A stretch of 64,000 bases of DNA from an uncultured Desulfocicer sp. (lineage in GTDB: Bacteria; Desulfobacterota; Desulfobacteria; Desulfobacterales; SURF-7): assembly GCA_964437395.1 (NCBI GenBank), contig CAYTGW010000001.1:4153-68152 (forward strand), written 5' to 3'. This document shows positions 62,932 through 64,000 of this stretch, piece after piece. Made by a program: the position numbers and the translations under genes. The notes under the pieces are model-generated. The model searched no databases and had not been told where the DNA came from. It saw only the letters and a program-made list of their open reading frames with translations. Numbering within the stretch: position 1 is the stretch's first letter; the number at the start of each line of letters is the position of its first letter.

Positions 62932-64000
62932 ATGAGTCATAATTCAAAAAATCCACGTGTGCTTATTGTTACCCCTGAGGTGAGTTATCTCCCGGATGAA
63001 ATGGGTACTCGTTCAAATTGCCGAAGGGCAAGGGCCGGTGGGTTGGGTGATATGTCGGCAGCGTTAATTCATACCCTCTATTACAAGGGTGTAGATATCC
63101 ATTTGGCCCTTCCGGATTATCGCACAATATTTAACATTCAGGAGTCACAGCATACCCCAAAAAAATTGAATTTTATTCGTCCAAAAGACCCCCTTGAGAG
63201 AATACACCTGGCCAAGGATAGTGCCTTTTTTCATGTTAATCGTGTATATTCGGGATCTGACCATGAAATTATCAGCATGTCCCTTGCTTTTCAAAGAGAG
63301 GTTATTCATCATATTGTTCCTGAAATAAGGCCGGATCTGATTCATTGCAATGACTGGATGACGAGTCTCATACCGGCAATGGCCCGTGAACTGAAAATTC
63401 CATGTTTGTTTTCAATCCATAATATTCATACCGTACACACCCTTCTTTCTCGTCTTGAGGATAGCGGTCTGAATAGTGAGGTTTTTTGGCGCAATCTGTA
63501 TTACAGCAGTTATCCGGGGGATTATAAGGAAACCAGAGACAAAATACCTCTGGACTATCTCGTAAGCGGAATCTTTGCATCCCATTTTGTGAATACGGTT
63601 AGTCCCACATTTTTAGAGGAAATCATAACACGACAGCATGATGTTGTCAGCGAAGCATTGATGCGTGAACTATCCAATAAAAAGGCAGAGGGTTGTGCAG
63701 AAGGGATTCTGAACGCACCGGACCCTTCATATGGCACGGAAAAGGATAGATCTCTTATTTGTGGATATTCTCCGGAAAGCCATTTGGATGGCAAGAAAAA
63801 CAACAAGCTGTATCTTCAGAAAGAATTGGGACTGATAATCGATCCAGGTGCTTCGTTATTCTTCTGGCCGTCAAGGCTGGATCCAATCCAGAAGGGGTGT
63901 GAGCTTTTATCAGGAATCCTTTACAATATTGTCTCCCGTTATTGGGATCAGAATCTGGAAATCGTTTTTGTAGCCGATGGCCCATATCAGAAACATTTCC
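62932..64000 (+). CDS. glgA: Glycogen/starch synthase-like GT5 glycosyltransferase, 3'-truncated by the window edge
   Basis: This ORF is not in the ORF track because it is open-ended. My hand translation from the ATG at 62932 is stop-free to 64000. Motifs VLIVTPEV, AGGLGDM, LPDY, CNDWMT, NAPDP, KKNNKLYLQKELGL and SRLDPIQKG follow GlgA order. Confidence 0.75.
   Translation, partial: MSHNSKNPRVLIVTPEVSYLPDEMGTRSNCRRARAGGLGDMSAALIHTLYYKGVDIHLALPDYRTIFNIQESQHTPKKLNFIRPKDPLERIHLAKDSAFFHVNRVYSGSDHEIISMSLAFQREVIHHIVPEIRPDLIHCNDWMTSLIPAMARELKIPCLFSIHNIHTVHTLLSRLEDSGLNSEVFWRNLYYSSYPGDYKETRDKIPLDYLVSGIFASHFVNTVSPTFLEEIITRQHDVVSEALMRELSNKKAEGCAEGILNAPDPSYGTEKDRSLICGYSPESHLDGKKNNKLYLQKELGLIIDPGASLFFWPSRLDPIQKGCELLSGILYNIVSRYWDQNLEIVFVADGPYQKHF

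Noticed and set aside
1-64000. A search by eye for CRISPR arrays, rRNA, tRNA, reverse transcriptases, integrases and intact transposases.
   Set aside because: I found no regularly spaced direct repeats, no rRNA- or tRNA-like sequences, and no RT, integrase or complete transposase ORFs. The only mobility-related trace is the HTH remnant at 47784..47951. A proper tRNAscan, Infernal and CRISPR-finder run should confirm this.

Overview
This 64-kb window looks like a chromosomal segment from an anaerobe. Gene content suggests a sulfate-reducer-like deltaproteobacterium, which is inference only. I support about 60 protein genes. I found no rRNA, tRNA or CRISPR array by eye.

The backbone is anaerobic acyl-CoA and redox metabolism:
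- a minus-strand operon (1-7800) with two HgdC/BcrAD-type ATPases and two HgdAB/BcrBC-type subunits;
- a Tat-exported redox cluster (9.9-16 kb);
- a TetR / enolase-superfamily / CoA-transferase cluster (25.5-31.9 kb);
- exonuclease III, a histidine kinase coupled to a B12-radical-SAM gene, a Ser/Thr kinase-PP2C-SET trio, and a partial glgA at the 3' edge.

Two AT-rich accessory islands stand out.

(1) 17.8-25.5 kb is a tightly coupled four-gene operon. It encodes a canonical LexA, a 1107-aa N6-adenine methyltransferase, a small PD-(D/E)xK nuclease, and a 989-aa fusion of archaeo-eukaryotic primase, SF2 helicase and PLD nuclease. A perfect CTG-N10-CAG SOS box sits in its predicted promoter. This is my top candidate for an undescribed, DNA-damage-gated defense or conflict system.

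(2) 45.8-48.9 kb lies between diverged duplicates of the 3' end of a host gene. It contains an Abi-alpha-like gene bracketed by ~209-bp inverted repeats, REP-like hairpin doublets, a transposase HTH remnant and a higBA module.

Other notable items:
- a single in-frame TGA splits a dehydratase/reductase subunit gene (selenocysteine candidate versus nonsense mutation);
- a vapBC pair carries +1 frameshifts at homopolymer runs;
- several short repeat families and promoter/operator candidates.

All family assignments are motif recognition by eye. No database search was run.
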